Under the pieces are notes generated by a model. The model did no database searches. It worked only from the letters and a program-made list of their open reading frames with translations, and was not told where the DNA came from. Below, in pieces: positions 12,140-26,547 of a stretch of 64,000 nt of DNA (position 1 is its first letter; each line of letters starts with the position of its first letter). The position numbers were made by a program, and so were the translations under genes. The stretch is from Lama glama (taxonomy: Eukaryota): contig CM052817.1 of assembly GCA_028534125.1 (NCBI GenBank), forward strand, positions 15,378,001-15,442,000, in the 5' to 3' direction.

Positions 12140-14110
12140 TAAATTAACAACACTTAAAGATAAGTGAAACCCCTTGATTAAAAGTAAAGGATGAGCAAAT
12201 ATATTTTCAGGTAAGTATAAATGTCAGGTAAGCAAAGGTCAAATAAAATCCAAGGCAAAGAGCATTTTATAAGACAAAAGTAGTCATTTCATAAAAATAA
12301 TGACTCCCAATGGTATAAATTTACAGTAATATAAATATCTCATAGCAAATAAAGTTGGCTCAAAATTACAGAAGTTGAAATATTATTTTCATGGAAGTTA
12401 ATAGCACACTTACTTATGTCTGACAAATTTGGTATGCAAAAGTTCATCAGGATATGAAAGTCATAAATTTATAAAATATATTGTATACTACATGTTATTT
12501 TGTTATTTACTAACTAATGCTATAGTTATATAATTTAATATCTACTATACTAAGCTATTTCATTATATCAAACAATATAATTACGATTTGCTATTTTATT
12601 TTATATATTACATATATACATACCAAACATTCCATAGTAGGAAGAAAAAATACCTTGCTGGGCATCACAGATCTTGTACAAAAACTGTACATACAATAGC
12701 CACCCCCACAAAATCTGGATACATTTAAAAAGAAGTTAGTTTATGGGTTACATTATCTTGATGATAATACAATGAAACTAAATATTAATGAGAAAAATAT
12801 ATGTTTAAAAAAGCTTGGAAAATAAAAATATCATAAATAACTCTGAGGTCAAAGCAGAAATTATATTTGTCCTGACAACTATTAGAGTACACCATAAGTG
12901 CAACTACCGTCTATTATGTGAATGGAATGCAGACAAATTTCCACCTAGATGGAAATTAATATACCTAAATGCACATATTTTATGCAAGAAATAATGAAAA
13001 TGAAAAACGGAACATTCAGCTCAAGAATTCATGACAAAGTAAAACAAAAAATGAGTAAAGCAGAGTAAAGGAATTAATAAATGAGAAATACAGACAGAAG
13101 AGAATGAGTTAGAAAACCAAAAAGCAGCAGAATAGAAAAATAAATATAAATGAAGATAAAAAAAAATAGAATAGGATAGTCAAACCTGGCGATGTTCATT
13201 GAAAGAAAGGAAATGAAAGTAGAGGAAGTCACAACTATAAAGCATTAGGAATAAAAAAAATATTAAAATCACATACAATATTATTTTTAATGTAAAATCA
13301 CTATAAACTCAAAATTGGAAAATAGGTCATAGAATATAAAGATATATTAATTATCAAAATTAACTTAAGATGTAAAAATCAAATAAAGACAAATAGAAAG
13401 CATGAAACTTAAAAAAAAAAGGTCTTCTAAAAATGGTACCAGGGAAAGATGATTCGGATGATTTCACGGGAAAGTTATGTCAAGATAATTCTTATGCTAT
13501 TTAGACAGTTTCAAAACATAGAAAATGCTTTATGAAGCGAATAAAAGATGGGCCCCCAAATCTTTCAAATTAGCATGCAAACGTATACCATAATGCCACA
13601 GTTTTAGGATTATAGATTTAAAGATCCTCAAGAAAACATCAATTTGTGCCTAGTATCATATAAAAACAGCAATATTAAATGATGAAACAGCCTGGGTCCA
13701 AAAAATTCAAGGACAATTGCTTATCTTATATTAATAAATTATATGTATATGTAATCAATTGTACAAAAAAGAAAAACCATGTGACAGTCTTGATAGTTGC
13801 CCAAAATGCATTTGATAAAATTAACTGTTCATTTCTCATAAACATTTAAAAGGCAACTTCCTTATACATTAAAGAAAATCTATATCAAAAGCATTTTATT
13901 TAATAGAGAAACCACATAAAGAGAAATGGAGGCACAAATATTTGCAAATATAAAACAAAATAATTATTAGTTAAAGATGATATGTTTATTTCCCTGGACA
14001 ATGAAATAGAATCCAGTGAAAAACAATTACAACAAGTTGAAACGCTTTTAGAATTATTAGAATACTTACATGGTAAGGTGCATTCAGGTCTTATTTGTAG
14101 TTTTAATGTG
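12140..14110 (+). mobile_element. Highly decayed old L1 (L1M) ORF2 region
   Basis: Very A-rich; recognisable ORF2 tracts such as aaaaaccatgtgacagtcttgatagttgcccaaaatgcatttgataaaatt (AFDK motif region); no intact frame. Confidence 0.75.
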
Positions 14111-14841
14111 AATGCTCCACACTCCATATTTAAATCTGTCCAATTATCTCTCTTTCCAAGATATCTCATCGCTTCAATTTCTTGTATTTCACTTTAATGA
14201 CTGTTCTTCATTCTCTTCCTTTTCCTATTATTCCTCCATGTTTCTTAAAAAGCTATGCTGCAACCTCATCCTTTTTGTCTGATCTTATTCTTTATACCTG
14301 GTTTAACTACAACTTGGCCTTTCCAAGAGGATTTCACTTTCTTAAGTGGCAGCTGCTGTTTTTAGAGCCTTGCAAAACATCTCAAGTTATAGATTCACAG
14401 TCCAACTACCTCTAATATGCTTCTTCTGAGGCTTGTACCTTCTTCTCCATAAAGAAAAACAACAATAACAAAACGAAAACAAAACTTCCTTCTTGAAAGC
14501 ATGTGCCATCTGGCTGAATCACTACTTCCTCGCTATTATCCACAAACATCTGATTTAACCCTCTTATTCAGCTAAAGGCTATTGCTTTTATTTCACACTT
14601 TTCTTCTCCATCTGAAATCCCACTATGATCCAGGGTGACTTCTAGGCCAATACAGGACATGTCTCATACTGGCCAGGAGCCACAGTGTGCCTGCCACTTG
14701 GACTTTGTCCCTATCAGGGCAAGGCTTCTCTCTGAATTCATTAAGTCAATTACTTCCCTCTCTCCCCAGCCTCCCACTCCTCCAGCTCCTGAACTCAGCT
14801 CTTCCTACATCACTTCTTCCACCTATCTGGAGTACCCAAAG

Positions 14842-15011
14842 CTATGATTGTGACTGGGGCACATTCAAATCACGCTGGGAGCTTTAAGAAAATGTGGACG
14901 CCTTTTGTCCTATCAAAGACCAATTGTTTCAGAATCTCTGGGTTTTGCATTTAGGCTCTAATATTTTATAAAAGCAACCCAAGTACTGTGCAGGGAGATT
15001 AGGAACCACTG
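14842..15011. mobile_element. MER5A-like hAT-Charlie MITE
   Basis: cacattcaaatcacgctgggagctttaagaaaat...tcagaatctctggg...ggaaccactg. Confidence 0.7.
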
Positions 15012-15019
15012 CCTGGGGG

Positions 15020-16920
15020 TACTTCCGTCTCTGCTTACAGTTGTCTATTCACTGCCTTCTGTATCCAGCTTGGATTCCGAGTGTAATCACTTCAAACTGG
15101 TCTTTGGTCAATAGCCTCAACTTTATTTTTCTGTGATCCCTTCCGTTATTGACACCTGGTGAAGTTACACCCTCATGGGAAACTACTTCTCTGAGCTTCT
15201 AAGCACTGCTAGAGGAAAAATATACAATCTTGCACACTGGAGTTGTCACTAATCTGTAGTCACTGATATAAATGGCTCGTCGCTGCCCTGCAGTCCTCCT
15301 GTGTCCATAATAAGCTCATTTTTCCTTTACTTCATGACACACATCAAACCACCTCCATTTGCTTCAAATCTCTAACCCTATCACCTCACCCATCTCTCAC
15401 AGATGTCCTTAAAAAGACAATTTCGCAGTAAGAACAGAATTCTTTTCATGGAAATTCTCTGAACTTTCAGCTACTACAGCCCCAAACACGTGCTTCTGTA
15501 CAAGATTACCTCTTCCCTTCCACTGCAGTGTAAGAAATGTCCCTCCTCCTTTCCAAGGTTCACCTCTCAAATTGTTGGCTGAATCCCTTTGGCTCCTTGT
15601 GAAAGATGTTTGCTTTGTTACTTACCCAAAGATAATTGGCCTAATGGAGAAGCCACGGCCCTGATTTGAACTGTGCCTCTTCGCTAATTGACTGAGTAAT
15701 CACGAGCATTCGACCTAACCTCTTCATACTCATAATTTAACTGTAAAATGGGGAATAGAAATATCCCTATTGCACAGACTAGTGGTGAGAATTGCAAAGT
15801 TAGTATTTATAAAGAACTTAGAAGTTTAAGTACAATAAAAGTCATTGACAAAAATATAAATTATCCTCTTACCCTTATATATTTAATTTCTACCAGTATG
15901 TTTATTTCTTATAAACAGCATTTAAATACACTCTTTGGAAAGAAAAAATCATCCCCATGTTCTCCTTCAGTAACCAACACATTTTTCTCTTCCCATTCAC
16001 AGCCAAACATACCATAAAAGTCTGAATTCTGGCTCCATTTTTGTTTCTCCTTTTCACTCCACAACCTTCTGAAATCTGGATTCAACTTCCCCCGCTGTGC
16101 TGAACCTGCTCTTGTCAATGTCAGCAATGATGGCCTTGTAGTTAAATCCAATAAATAATTTCCAGGCCTTATCTATCCGAACACTTGGCAGAGTTTGACA
16201 CTATTGACTGCTCTTTCTTTCTTGAAATGCCCTCTCCCTATGACTTATCTGTTACCGCACTCTCCTTGTTCGCCTTACACTTCCTTGACCATTTCATTTC
16301 GTCTCTTTGTGAGCTTCCCTTTCTCCTTGGCTGACCCTTTAATTATTGGCAGTCTTTAGAATTCTGCCCTAAGCCCTTTTACCTTCTTATTTTAAATAAT
16401 CCCCCTGCCTAATATTTTCTGTTTCCAGGGCATCCATTTCCAATCTATAGCATCATGGATCCCAATCTGTAACTCTCCAGCTCAGATGAGGGCATGTAGG
16501 ACAGTGTTTAAGAACACAAATTCTGGAGATAGTAGACTATGTTCAAGGTTTGTATTCGTACTCTACCAGTTACTAGGTATCCAATGAGAAATTACTTGTT
16601 TATGCCTCAGAGCAGTTATTTGTCACATAAAGGTGAGAATAATTTGTTTTACACATTAATGAAGAAAACATACATATGTATTACTTAAGAGAATCAGTGG
16701 CATATAGAAAATGATTACAGTATTTTTAAGTTTGCTGATTGACTTTATCTATGGATCATTCTATAAGCCTGCAAGACAGCTGGCTATTTGACACCATCAT
16801 TTGATTGTCCGAAAAAGTCCTCAACTGCAATGTCCTAGTGTCTTTTCCCAAGCCTCCTTCTCTTCACATGTTTCCTAAGTCACTGAGTAGCATAGTTACC
16901 CAATAAGAGCTTTATTCTCA
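15020..16920 (+). mobile_element. L2 ORF2-region fragments interrupted by MIRs (about 15640-15860 and 16490-16720)
   Basis: Pyrimidine-rich L2 tract tgaacctgctcttgtcaatgtcagcaatgatggcc...gagtttgacactattgactgctc; MIR core ctgtaaaatggggaatag. Confidence 0.7.
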
Positions 16921-16929
16921 ACACTATCC

Positions 16930-18530
16930 TCTTATTTAATATATTTCTCATTTAATATTGTTTATTTTTTCTTCTCTCTTCTTCTTTAATTAACCCTCCC
17001 AGAGATTTGTCTATTTATTAGTGTCTTCAAATAACTATCTTGTGTGTGTGTTTTAAAATAATTCTGTAATTATTTTGCAGTTTTGATTCTGCTTATAGGT
17101 TTATTATGTCATTTTTCTTTTATACTAAGGTTTTTGTTCTATTTTCTTTAGTTGCATATAGCTCATTAATATTTGGCTTTTCTTTTTTTTTTAATATAAG
17201 CACTTAGTAAATTTCCTTCTAAGAAAAAGTATGAATATGCAGTTGTTTTGTTGTCATTCAAGTATAAAAATTTAGAATAATACACAATCTATTTAAAAAT
17301 GGCTATGTATTTAATGTCTTTTTGGTCTTAGTGGCCTGTAGACAGAAAATATGATCTTTATTTTGACTATATTTTGAAATTTGTTGAAAACTTCATTATT
17401 ATCTGGTACCTAATTTTTGTAAATGTTTCAGATGTTTGAGAAGAATTCATATTCTCTTATTCTTGGGCTCAGGGCTCCATATAAATAAGTCTGTTAACTC
17501 TAGATGTATAATTTAGTTGAAATTTTCTGTTTTTTTAATTAATTATCTTTTCCAGTTTAATCTGTCAAGAATTGAGAAAAGTGTCTCAAAATTGCCACAG
17601 CATGGTTTTGTTAATCTTTCTCAGTAGCTCTGTCAACATTTTATTTATTTTGAGACAGTTTTATTAGAAGCATATAATATATAATTATTAGAGAATCCTG
17701 GTATAGCCTCCTATCATTAATTTATCCTTAAACTAGGGACAGTTTATATCCCTAAAAATGCTTCTGATCTAAATATATATTTTTCCTACTAAAATAGTTA
17801 TGTTAGCATTCTTTTGGTTAACATTTGTTTTCTATATCTCTCCTATCATTTTACTTTAAGGTTTTTCCATATCTTTCATTTTCAGCCCTATCTCTATAAA
17901 CAGCATATAACTGCACTTAAAATTCTATTAGCTAATTCCTGTCCCTTGATGAGTACAACCTATACTTATTTCTATAATGATGATGTATTATGCTTTTACC
18001 TACTATCTCACTTTTTAATTTATAGTTGTTTTATTTTTATCATGCTTGTTACTATTTAAAATTTTATTCCATGTTTTTTCCTAATTCCCTGTTTTCTTTT
18101 TCTATAGACCCTTAAAATTTTATCATTCACGTTTAGTTTTAGAAAGTCCAAAATTAATCAGTATCTTAGTCCTCTTAGATAACAATTTAAGAGCCATGGA
18201 CTCTTTAAATTTGATCACTTTCCTTCTGACTTGCATAATACGCATGTACTATGTTTTATTTTGACTTTCCTTCTTCCCTAAATACATTCTATAGAATTTT
18301 CTTTAGATCAGTTTTCTTTGTGGAACTTCTCAGTTTTATTTATCTTTACATGGTATTATTTCATGCTTTTCTTCAAAGGTATATTTTCCTGATTATACCA
18401 CTCTAAGTCATCAGTTATTTCCCTCAGTACTTTGAAGATATCTTGCAACTAATCTCTGACACCCAGTGATGCTGTAATTATTCATTTGTCTGTCATTTTT
18501 TTTCTATTTGGCTGCTTTTCAATTATTTTA
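16930..18530 (-). mobile_element. Old L1M fragments (continue at about 19480-20390)
   Basis: T-rich strand; tttgaaatttgttgaaa..., aatttttgtaaatgtttcagatg...gagaagaat typical antisense L1M. Confidence 0.65.
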
Positions 18531-18649
18531 ATTTTAGGATTATAAAAGAATATATCTGCTTTGTAAGTTGAAGGTATTCTAATGTAGACCTCACTAGAAT
18601 ATGAAATAAAAGATGTCACTTTTTAATTTTTATTTATTTTATACAAGAG

Positions 18650-18870
18650 AGAATGTTCAGAGGAAAGATGCACCTGGTGTCATAAGTCAAGGAATTGTGC
18701 CTCTGCTTTGTCACTTCTAGTTACATGACCTTGGGCAAATCTAAAACCTCCCCAAGTTGAGCCATCCTCTCTCTCAGGTGAGAAGAGCGGTGTCAGCCTC
18801 AGAGGGCTGCCAAGGGGGCTGAATGAAACAGCATGTAGATACTATGAGCTCAGTGCCTAGTAAGAGAAGT
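18650..18870 (+). mobile_element. MIR SINE
   Basis: gtcacttctagttacatgaccttgggcaaat...ctcagtgcctag. Confidence 0.7.
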
Positions 18871-18906
18871 GCCCAAGAGGTTATGCCAAGCCAAGGGAAG
18901 CATACT

Positions 18907-19338
18907 GAACCTGGAGATCGTCATTCTAAGTGAAGTAAGCCAGAAAAAGAAAATAATACCATATTATAATCACTCATATGTGGAATCTAAAAAAAAAGGC
19001 ACAAATAAATTTATTTACAAAACAGAAACAAACTCACAGACATAGAGAACAAACATGGTTACCGGGGGGTGGGAGGGGTGAAGAGGGTGAGAAGGGATAA
19101 ATCGGGAGTTAGAGATTTGTAAATTCTAACTACTATACATAAAATAAACAGCAAGTTTCTTCTGTATAGCACAGGGAACTATACTCAGTTTTTTATAGTA
19201 ACCTATAATGAAAAAGAATATGGAAAGGAATACATGTATGTGTATGTATGACTGAAGCATTATGCTGTACATCAGAAATTAACACATATTATAAACTGAC
19301 TATGCTTCAATAAAAAAAAATGTATCTCAAAAAAAAAA
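18907..19338 (+). mobile_element. 5'-truncated camelid-type L1 3' end with poly(A)
   Basis: acctggagatcgtcattctaagtgaagtaagccaga (end of ORF2, LEIVILSEVSQ), 3'UTR G-rich tract, aataaa and A tail; degenerate TSD aagggaagcatact/aagagaggtatact. Confidence 0.9.
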
Positions 19339-20399
19339 GAGAGGTATACTTATTTGAACTCTAACTTGGATTGCCAGTTGAGGACTGTATGTGAGCTGCT
19401 AGGATTGTCAAGGTCCATAAAGTGAAATAAATTAATCATCAAAAGGGCTAATATCACTGAACATTTACCATGTCTCTTAGACTGTTAAAGGTTTCTTTTC
19501 ATCTTTATTCTTATGCAGTTTCACTACAATGTGTTTCAGTCTCAATTTCTTTATATTTGTCATTTATATTAGATTTATCATTTTCTGGATTTTTAGATCT
19601 ATGTTTTCATCAATATTGAAAAATCAATGATCACTTTAAATACTGCGTCTACTCTGTTCTGTCTGGGACTGAGTTTCATATATATTAAAACCACCTTTAT
19701 ATCATGCAGCCCTTCATTTATATTTTCCATCTTTGTTTCTCTGTTTCCTATTATTTTTGGACATATATTCTAGTTCACCAGTTCTCTCTGCAGCTGTAAT
19801 CATTCTGCTATTGATATAGTCACAGCTTTTGTTTCAAACACTGTGTGTTTAGATTTAGAACTGTGTAGTTTAAAATGTATTTGTTCATTTCTAATATGCT
19901 CTTAACTGAGGACCTTTAAGACAGCAGTTTCTATCTCATTATATCTCAAGTAAACCCACTTCTGTATTCCCTGTCTGGCATTTCCATCAACTGGAAGGAT
20001 TTTTTGCTTAATTCCTTGGTTTTTTTTTTCCTTTTTACTGATGCTCAGACATGAGGGATTGCTTTCTTCTGTTAAATTATGTGTTTGTTTGAACTTAATG
20101 AGTTACAGCCCTAAAAGCATAAATTAAAGGTTTGGGAAGTTTTTGTGCTAATAGTCAATGGAATTCAGAAACCTGAAAGTATCTCAGCCCCTTCAGAGGA
20201 CTTAGGCTCAACACCTCAGGCTCAAGTTCTCCTTCGGCTTCTTACTGGTTTTTAACGGCTTTGGTGCTAATGCTGATTACGCAGGAGACCAAAATCACTG
20301 ACCTTCCAGCAAATCTGCTTTCCCCTGGCTTTTTAGCCTTAGCTCTGTGCTAAATTCGTCCCAGTTTATATACATATATATTATATACAAATAACTTTT

Positions 20400-20409
20400 C
20401 ATATATATA

Positions 20410-20458
<49 letters not shown>

Positions 20459-20505
20459 TGTGTATGTATGTGTGTGTGTATATATATATATATAGAGAGA
20501 GAGAG
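20400..20505. repeat. (TA)n/(TG)n/(GA)n compound microsatellite
   Basis: Directly visible; abuts the assembly gap. Confidence 0.95.
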
Positions 20506-20511
20506 TTTGTT

Positions 20512-21011
20512 NNNNNNNNNNNNNNNNNNNNNNNNNNNNNNNNNNNNNNNNNNNNNNNNNNNNNNNNNNNNNNNNNNNNNNNNNNNNNNNNNNNNNNNNN
20601 NNNNNNNNNNNNNNNNNNNNNNNNNNNNNNNNNNNNNNNNNNNNNNNNNNNNNNNNNNNNNNNNNNNNNNNNNNNNNNNNNNNNNNNNNNNNNNNNNNNN
20701 NNNNNNNNNNNNNNNNNNNNNNNNNNNNNNNNNNNNNNNNNNNNNNNNNNNNNNNNNNNNNNNNNNNNNNNNNNNNNNNNNNNNNNNNNNNNNNNNNNNN
20801 NNNNNNNNNNNNNNNNNNNNNNNNNNNNNNNNNNNNNNNNNNNNNNNNNNNNNNNNNNNNNNNNNNNNNNNNNNNNNNNNNNNNNNNNNNNNNNNNNNNN
20901 NNNNNNNNNNNNNNNNNNNNNNNNNNNNNNNNNNNNNNNNNNNNNNNNNNNNNNNNNNNNNNNNNNNNNNNNNNNNNNNNNNNNNNNNNNNNNNNNNNNN
21001 NNNNNNNNNNN
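20512..21011. other. Assembly gap (500 N)
   Basis: Run of N. Confidence 1.
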
Positions 21012-21059
21012 CTTCTAAAACTGATGATGCTTCTAATAGTATGTTTAGTTGTTTTGCTG

Positions 21060-21950
21060 CAGTCATTTTGACTCTTCTTTAACTCTCAGATGCAAGCAAC
21101 TACATATTCATAACAAATCATCTTCCAAAAAAGTGAACACAAAATCAAAAGCCAAAAACCTTTACAATCAACTACATCTCCCAATACCCACTACCAATAT
21201 TCCTGCTAAGATTACCCCCATCTCCCGCCTAGATTACCAAAACAGTCCCCTAACTTTCTTCCTGTTCCCAATCTGGTTTACGTCCAATCCATTTTCTTCC
21301 ATGCAGTCAGAGCATTCTTACAAAAGTGCAAATCTAAATTTATATTTGCTACTTAAAACCATCCAGCAGCCCCTCTCTCCTTCAGGCAAAAAGAGTCCCT
21401 CATGGTGGTTTTCTCCTATGGCCCCTGCATTACATGACCATCAGTTACACTTCTGATCTTCTCTTTCATTACCACCCTCTACCCAACCTGTCACATTCTA
21501 CACCACAGGCACTATGAGCACTCCATCTTGTTTGCCTGTGTCATGCACTCTCTCCCCTCTTGACTCGTGAGCATGCTATTTCCTCTTCCTGATATCCTCC
21601 CACCTCACGGATTTCCTATTTCAGCCCCCTAACATTAACTCGCTTGTACTGAATAGATTATTCACTCTCTTGGGCACAATTTAAATACGATTTCTCTTAG
21701 TAAATCTCAGAAGAAGTCCCTACTGGAATTGGCATTCCTTCTTGGGTACTCCCTTAGAGCACCACATTTCTTCTATCACAGCACTTACCCACAATTTACT
21801 GTAATTCTTCTTTACTTGTTTGCATTCCCAACTAGACTCTACACCCCATGAGAACAAGTCCTGTCTACTTTGTTTGTTCTTGTGTCCCAGATACTTAGAT
21901 AAATGTCTTGCCTTTGGACGCTCAATAAATATTTATTGAATGAAAGAAAG
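21060..21950 (+). mobile_element. L2 3' portion
   Basis: cccaactagactctacaccccatgagaacaag...gctcaataaatatttattgaatgaa. Confidence 0.8.
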
Positions 21951-24919
21951 AAAGTAGGGATAGTTTTACAAATAGTAAGAGAAAAGCTCTGAAAAGGAAA
22001 AGAAATAAAATTTTCAGCTACCATCACATAGTCTCTAATTCTTACTTTTTCTCTATCAACTCTAAACCTCAGTAGAGATTTCTTAGATAAATGCCTTGCA
22101 TATAATGAGGGCTCAATATTTTTACTAAAGAGATAACTAAAGTATTCACAGGTTACAATTAGTGCTACCCTTATGCTTCTCTAAATAAAGCTTATGGCAA
22201 AAATAGAATGATAAAAATCCTTGGTTACTTGATGGAGGGCACATTTTTTCCCACCATTTAAATACAACACAGTCATCATTTATTTTACTTTAGGTCTGTT
22301 TTCACAAAACTTACCCTAATTGGTGTTTGAATCCTATTATTTTCAGTTTGTCACAGAGTCCAGCTTCACCACAGTTTCCCACATTCTGCACCACCCACAG
22401 TCTCTATCCGTTTTGTCCTGTCAGAGGCACGTCAAGCAGGCTCTGAGTGTAATCACATCAAAATCGATTTTCATGGCTGAGAGAAAAATAATGGAAATTT
22501 CTCTAATGTAGTAAATGTATGTGTTCCTTTTGGTTAACCAAAATAGACCATACATCAGATCTGTCAAAATTAAGTTTTCTTGATTCAGTGCTCTTCCACC
22601 AACTTGTATATAAATTATAAAGGCATGCTGCGGAGTGCCATGATGCAATCTTCCTGCTTCTCTAGTCTGCTCCTCCTGTATCTCTCTCAAATAAGCCATC
22701 TCACCAGCTTCTCAAGCAGCAAGCCAGTATACAGTCTGAATCCTCAAGCAACCTGCTCAGTGTTAGAATATCCTAAACCTATCACGTCTTAGGTCAATTA
22801 TCTTTCCCATTAGGAGATGTTCCCAAACAGTAACCATGGTAATATTTGGATGGGTGCAGAACCAAAGTCAGATGCCATCTCTTTGAACTTTTTCCAAATC
22901 CAATTTTTTTTCCCTTTTTATAATCATTTGACCCAAGGAATCACTTGCTTAAATATCAGTGTTCATTTCCCTGAAGCAATCCAAGGAATTAAGTCTGTTC
23001 AGATCGTGAGATGAAGTGGTCCTACATACACTTTTTATATCATGTTCTTTCAAAGAAGATGTATTCTGAAGACATTTACAGAATTCCTCTTTTTGATTTC
23101 TTGGTAAGTGCAGTCACAGTTGCACAATGATGTTACGAGTAAGTTTTAACCTGAATGATCCAGATTAACTACACTTTTTAACATATAACAGTCCCCTCCT
23201 GAATCTTGACAACTAAAATAAATGCTAAAAGGAGACATAATAATTGATTAATAGGAATGGAAAAGAGATTCTGTATGTGCAAAACCAACCCATGATATAT
23301 TTCTAAAGTTGTTGACCAATAAGCCAGTTTTTTTTTATTAGCATCCAACAGCCATTCATACCAGCAAGAAGTAAACCAAAAATTACTTCAAGTTCAGTAT
23401 CCCTGATGTACTATAGGGAAATTCCAGGATTTTATTTCTTTTGCCTAAGAGAGATAAGAATGAATATACACTGAAATGTACACCTTATAAAAAAATGCCA
23501 AGATATATTCCAAAGAGACTTCAGGTAGTGTGGATATTCCCATTAAAAATTTTTTTAAAAATGGTAAAATAAATTTTCCTAATATCCACCTTGTGAAAAT
23601 CAAGGTTATTTCTTAGTTCAGTTTTCTTCACTCAGAACTAATTCTTTAAAAGCTCAGATGAAAACAAAACCAATTCTGAGAGCTTGCTAGTCATGAGCAG
23701 TAATGAGAAGTTGGTTTACATGTCTGGTGAAAAAAAGGTTGACATTGTTAAAAATCAGATTCCTGTTTAAACTCCTGGGATTTTTTTTAACAGGGTATCA
23801 TGGGGACATATACGGGTAGCTAGTGATAATGTTCTTTATTTAACATTCACATTTAATAATCTTTAATAACTTGATTCTATATTTCATAATATCCACTGGG
23901 ACTTTTAAAATAGGAGGCAATATGGCAGAGAAGGAAAAACATGGGACTTAGAATTAAGAGTTCTGTGTGTCAAATTACACTTCCTAGATCTGGTCATGAA
24001 ATACCTCACAGCAGTAAACAAACCCCTTCCAACACTTCTTTTTAAGTCTTTAAAGAAGCCGAATTTCTTCAGCGTTATTTCTTTGTATGACTGACACAAT
24101 ATTCCTACAGACTTTTACATCTTTAAAAATGTTTGATTTTGTGTCGGTGGTGTTGCTGCCATTCTTTAAAATCTCTCTGAGGCATTTAGGATTTTAAACA
24201 TCGAACAGCAGAACTTTTTTTGGATATATAATAATTAACTGTTGACTGAAATGTAATCTAAACTGGCTTTGATAACATTCTCCTTCAAAAGTTGATGAAA
24301 ATGTTGTAAAAAAGCCAACCTAACCAGGGTGATAAGAAATCCATTCATACCCCTTAACAGACTTTCAATTCTAGACAGTCCCGTTTCTGGGAGGCAAGTC
24401 TGATGTGATGCACATTAGCATAATCGATAGGGAAATTGATCCAGTACAAAGATGAGAAGGAAGAACTGACAGTGGAGGATTTCCTTCTTGAAACACAGAT
24501 TTGAAAAACATAATTCCTGGCTAGTATTTAACAGTAGAAATTTCTTTACCTACCTGAGCTTTCATAATGAAAAATATCCCTTACAATCTGCAAACTTTTT
24601 CTAACTCGGCAGCAGTATGAATTAATAGTAAACCGCCGTTATAGTATAATTTATTAAATTGTAGATGCTTTAGTAGCTGTGTGGCTATATATTTCAACCC
24701 AAGTGTCCAAATCCTACAGTAAAATTCTGGTAATGTCTGGATAACTACTGTGTGAGTTCAATACATCAGCATTATAAAATGGATCATTATGTGTGTTTTA
24801 TGTACTTAATGAAGTTGTTCAATGAACATTCACTCATTCACTTATAAATATTTATTGAACGTGTATATTGTCAAGCACAGTGCTAGGTGCTCTTATTTAA
24901 ATTCCAAATTAATTTTGCA

Positions 24920-25100
24920 ATGGCAAGAGTTGAACTTATTTCTGGTATTTTGCCACCTGAGTTTAAATTCCATTTTCATCACCTATTTACTATACTTACT
25001 TGGACAAATTGCTCAACCTTTCTGCTCCCCACTTTTCCCATATGTAAAATGGGAATAATAAGAGCATGAAAAGTAAGTGAAATAACATATTCAAGTATTT
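24920..25100 (+). mobile_element. MIR SINE
   Basis: ttggacaaattgctcaacctttctg...catatgtaaaatgggaataataa. Confidence 0.75.
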
Positions 25101-26547
25101 TATATGGAAACTCTAATTGTCTTCACTTTACATACTCCAAACTGAGACTCTAGAAGAAAAACACTTTGCTAGTGGGCAATCAGGTAATAGATAGAGAAGT
25201 GAAAATTCAGGCTGTATTTCTCTAAAATGCAAATCTTTACTTACCTTTTTAAAATTTATTTCTATCAGTATAATACCTATGCATCATTTTTAAAAGTTAA
25301 TTAATACTACAAGACTGAAAACAAATGTAAAAGATAGCAACCCTCTCCTTTTCCTCTCAACTCTGAATTCCAATAGCATACTAATATTTCTGTTTCTTGG
25401 TTTATTAAGTTGAGACATTATTTATTATCTTCCTGTTATGAAATATGGAGACTCAACACCCAAATGTCCCCACCACCTACTTTACATTTTTTCATTCTCC
25501 CAACATAGTTACATTAAATTTGCTCAGATAAAGCAATTCTTAATGTTTATATTATGGTTGCTAAGTAATTATTTTTCCCTCCTGAACACTAGATTTCAGT
25601 GACGCTTCCTGTGCAATATTTTGGTTTTTTCTAGATTGAAATAATTTTCTCGAATTAATTTTGGCTTAACTGTCTATGTTCCTCTCACTCTTTTTTTTTT
25701 TTTAACAAACTCTTCAGAAGTATCAGATCACTTTCAAATTCTCTTTTCCACATGGTCAAGCACATTAGAATATCTACCTGTTTATCCATTTTCCTTGAAG
25801 ACATTTTCCTGAAGGTCCCCATGCTCCCACCCCATTCTCGACCTGTGTCTGAGTCCGGTGAGGCTGCTCTCGCCTAAGACTGCCTTTCTCCTCTCTTGAT
25901 GATGGACCCACTTCTTCCTAAATTCTGGGTCTCCCTCTCTCTTGTTTATCTCTTTGTTTTGATGAAATATAATCTGAGATGCTAGAATAATTGCCAAAAC
26001 AAAAAGAACCTGAGATAAATATATTGAAAAATTACCTGTTCACAAATGTCTTTCTTCCACTGTTATATTTGATTGATAGTTGGCTAGGTATAGAATTTTC
26101 TGTTGAAAAAAAAAAACATGTATTCAAGATTTTGAAAGCATTATTCAGTTGTTATTTAGTTTCTAGTTTCACTTAAGATGTTAGTTGCTGGTCTGGTTCT
26201 GCATGCTTTCCGTATGACCTGTTTTTTAATCTTCCTCCATGTGAGTTTTTGGATCTTAACTTTTTCTAGTTTCATAAATTTTTTGATGATATATCTTACT
26301 GTGGGTATTTTTTACTCTTTTCCTTTTTCATCATTGTTCTGTACACCAGTTGGTCTTCAATTCTGAAAAATTTCCTTGAATTATTTCTTTAATAATTTCC
26401 TCTTTTCAATTTCTCTTGTTCTTTTTTCTGGAATTTATATTAGCCAGATGATTAACCTCTTGAATTATCATTTATTATACATTTTTTTCTTATCTAAATT
26501 TTTTTAAATGTTGACATTTTGATTCTATTTCTTAAAGACTGCTGTTG

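Noticed and set aside
20350..21082. Three longest ORFs (201-238 aa)
   Set aside because: Artefacts of the 500-N gap plus the (TA)n microsatellite
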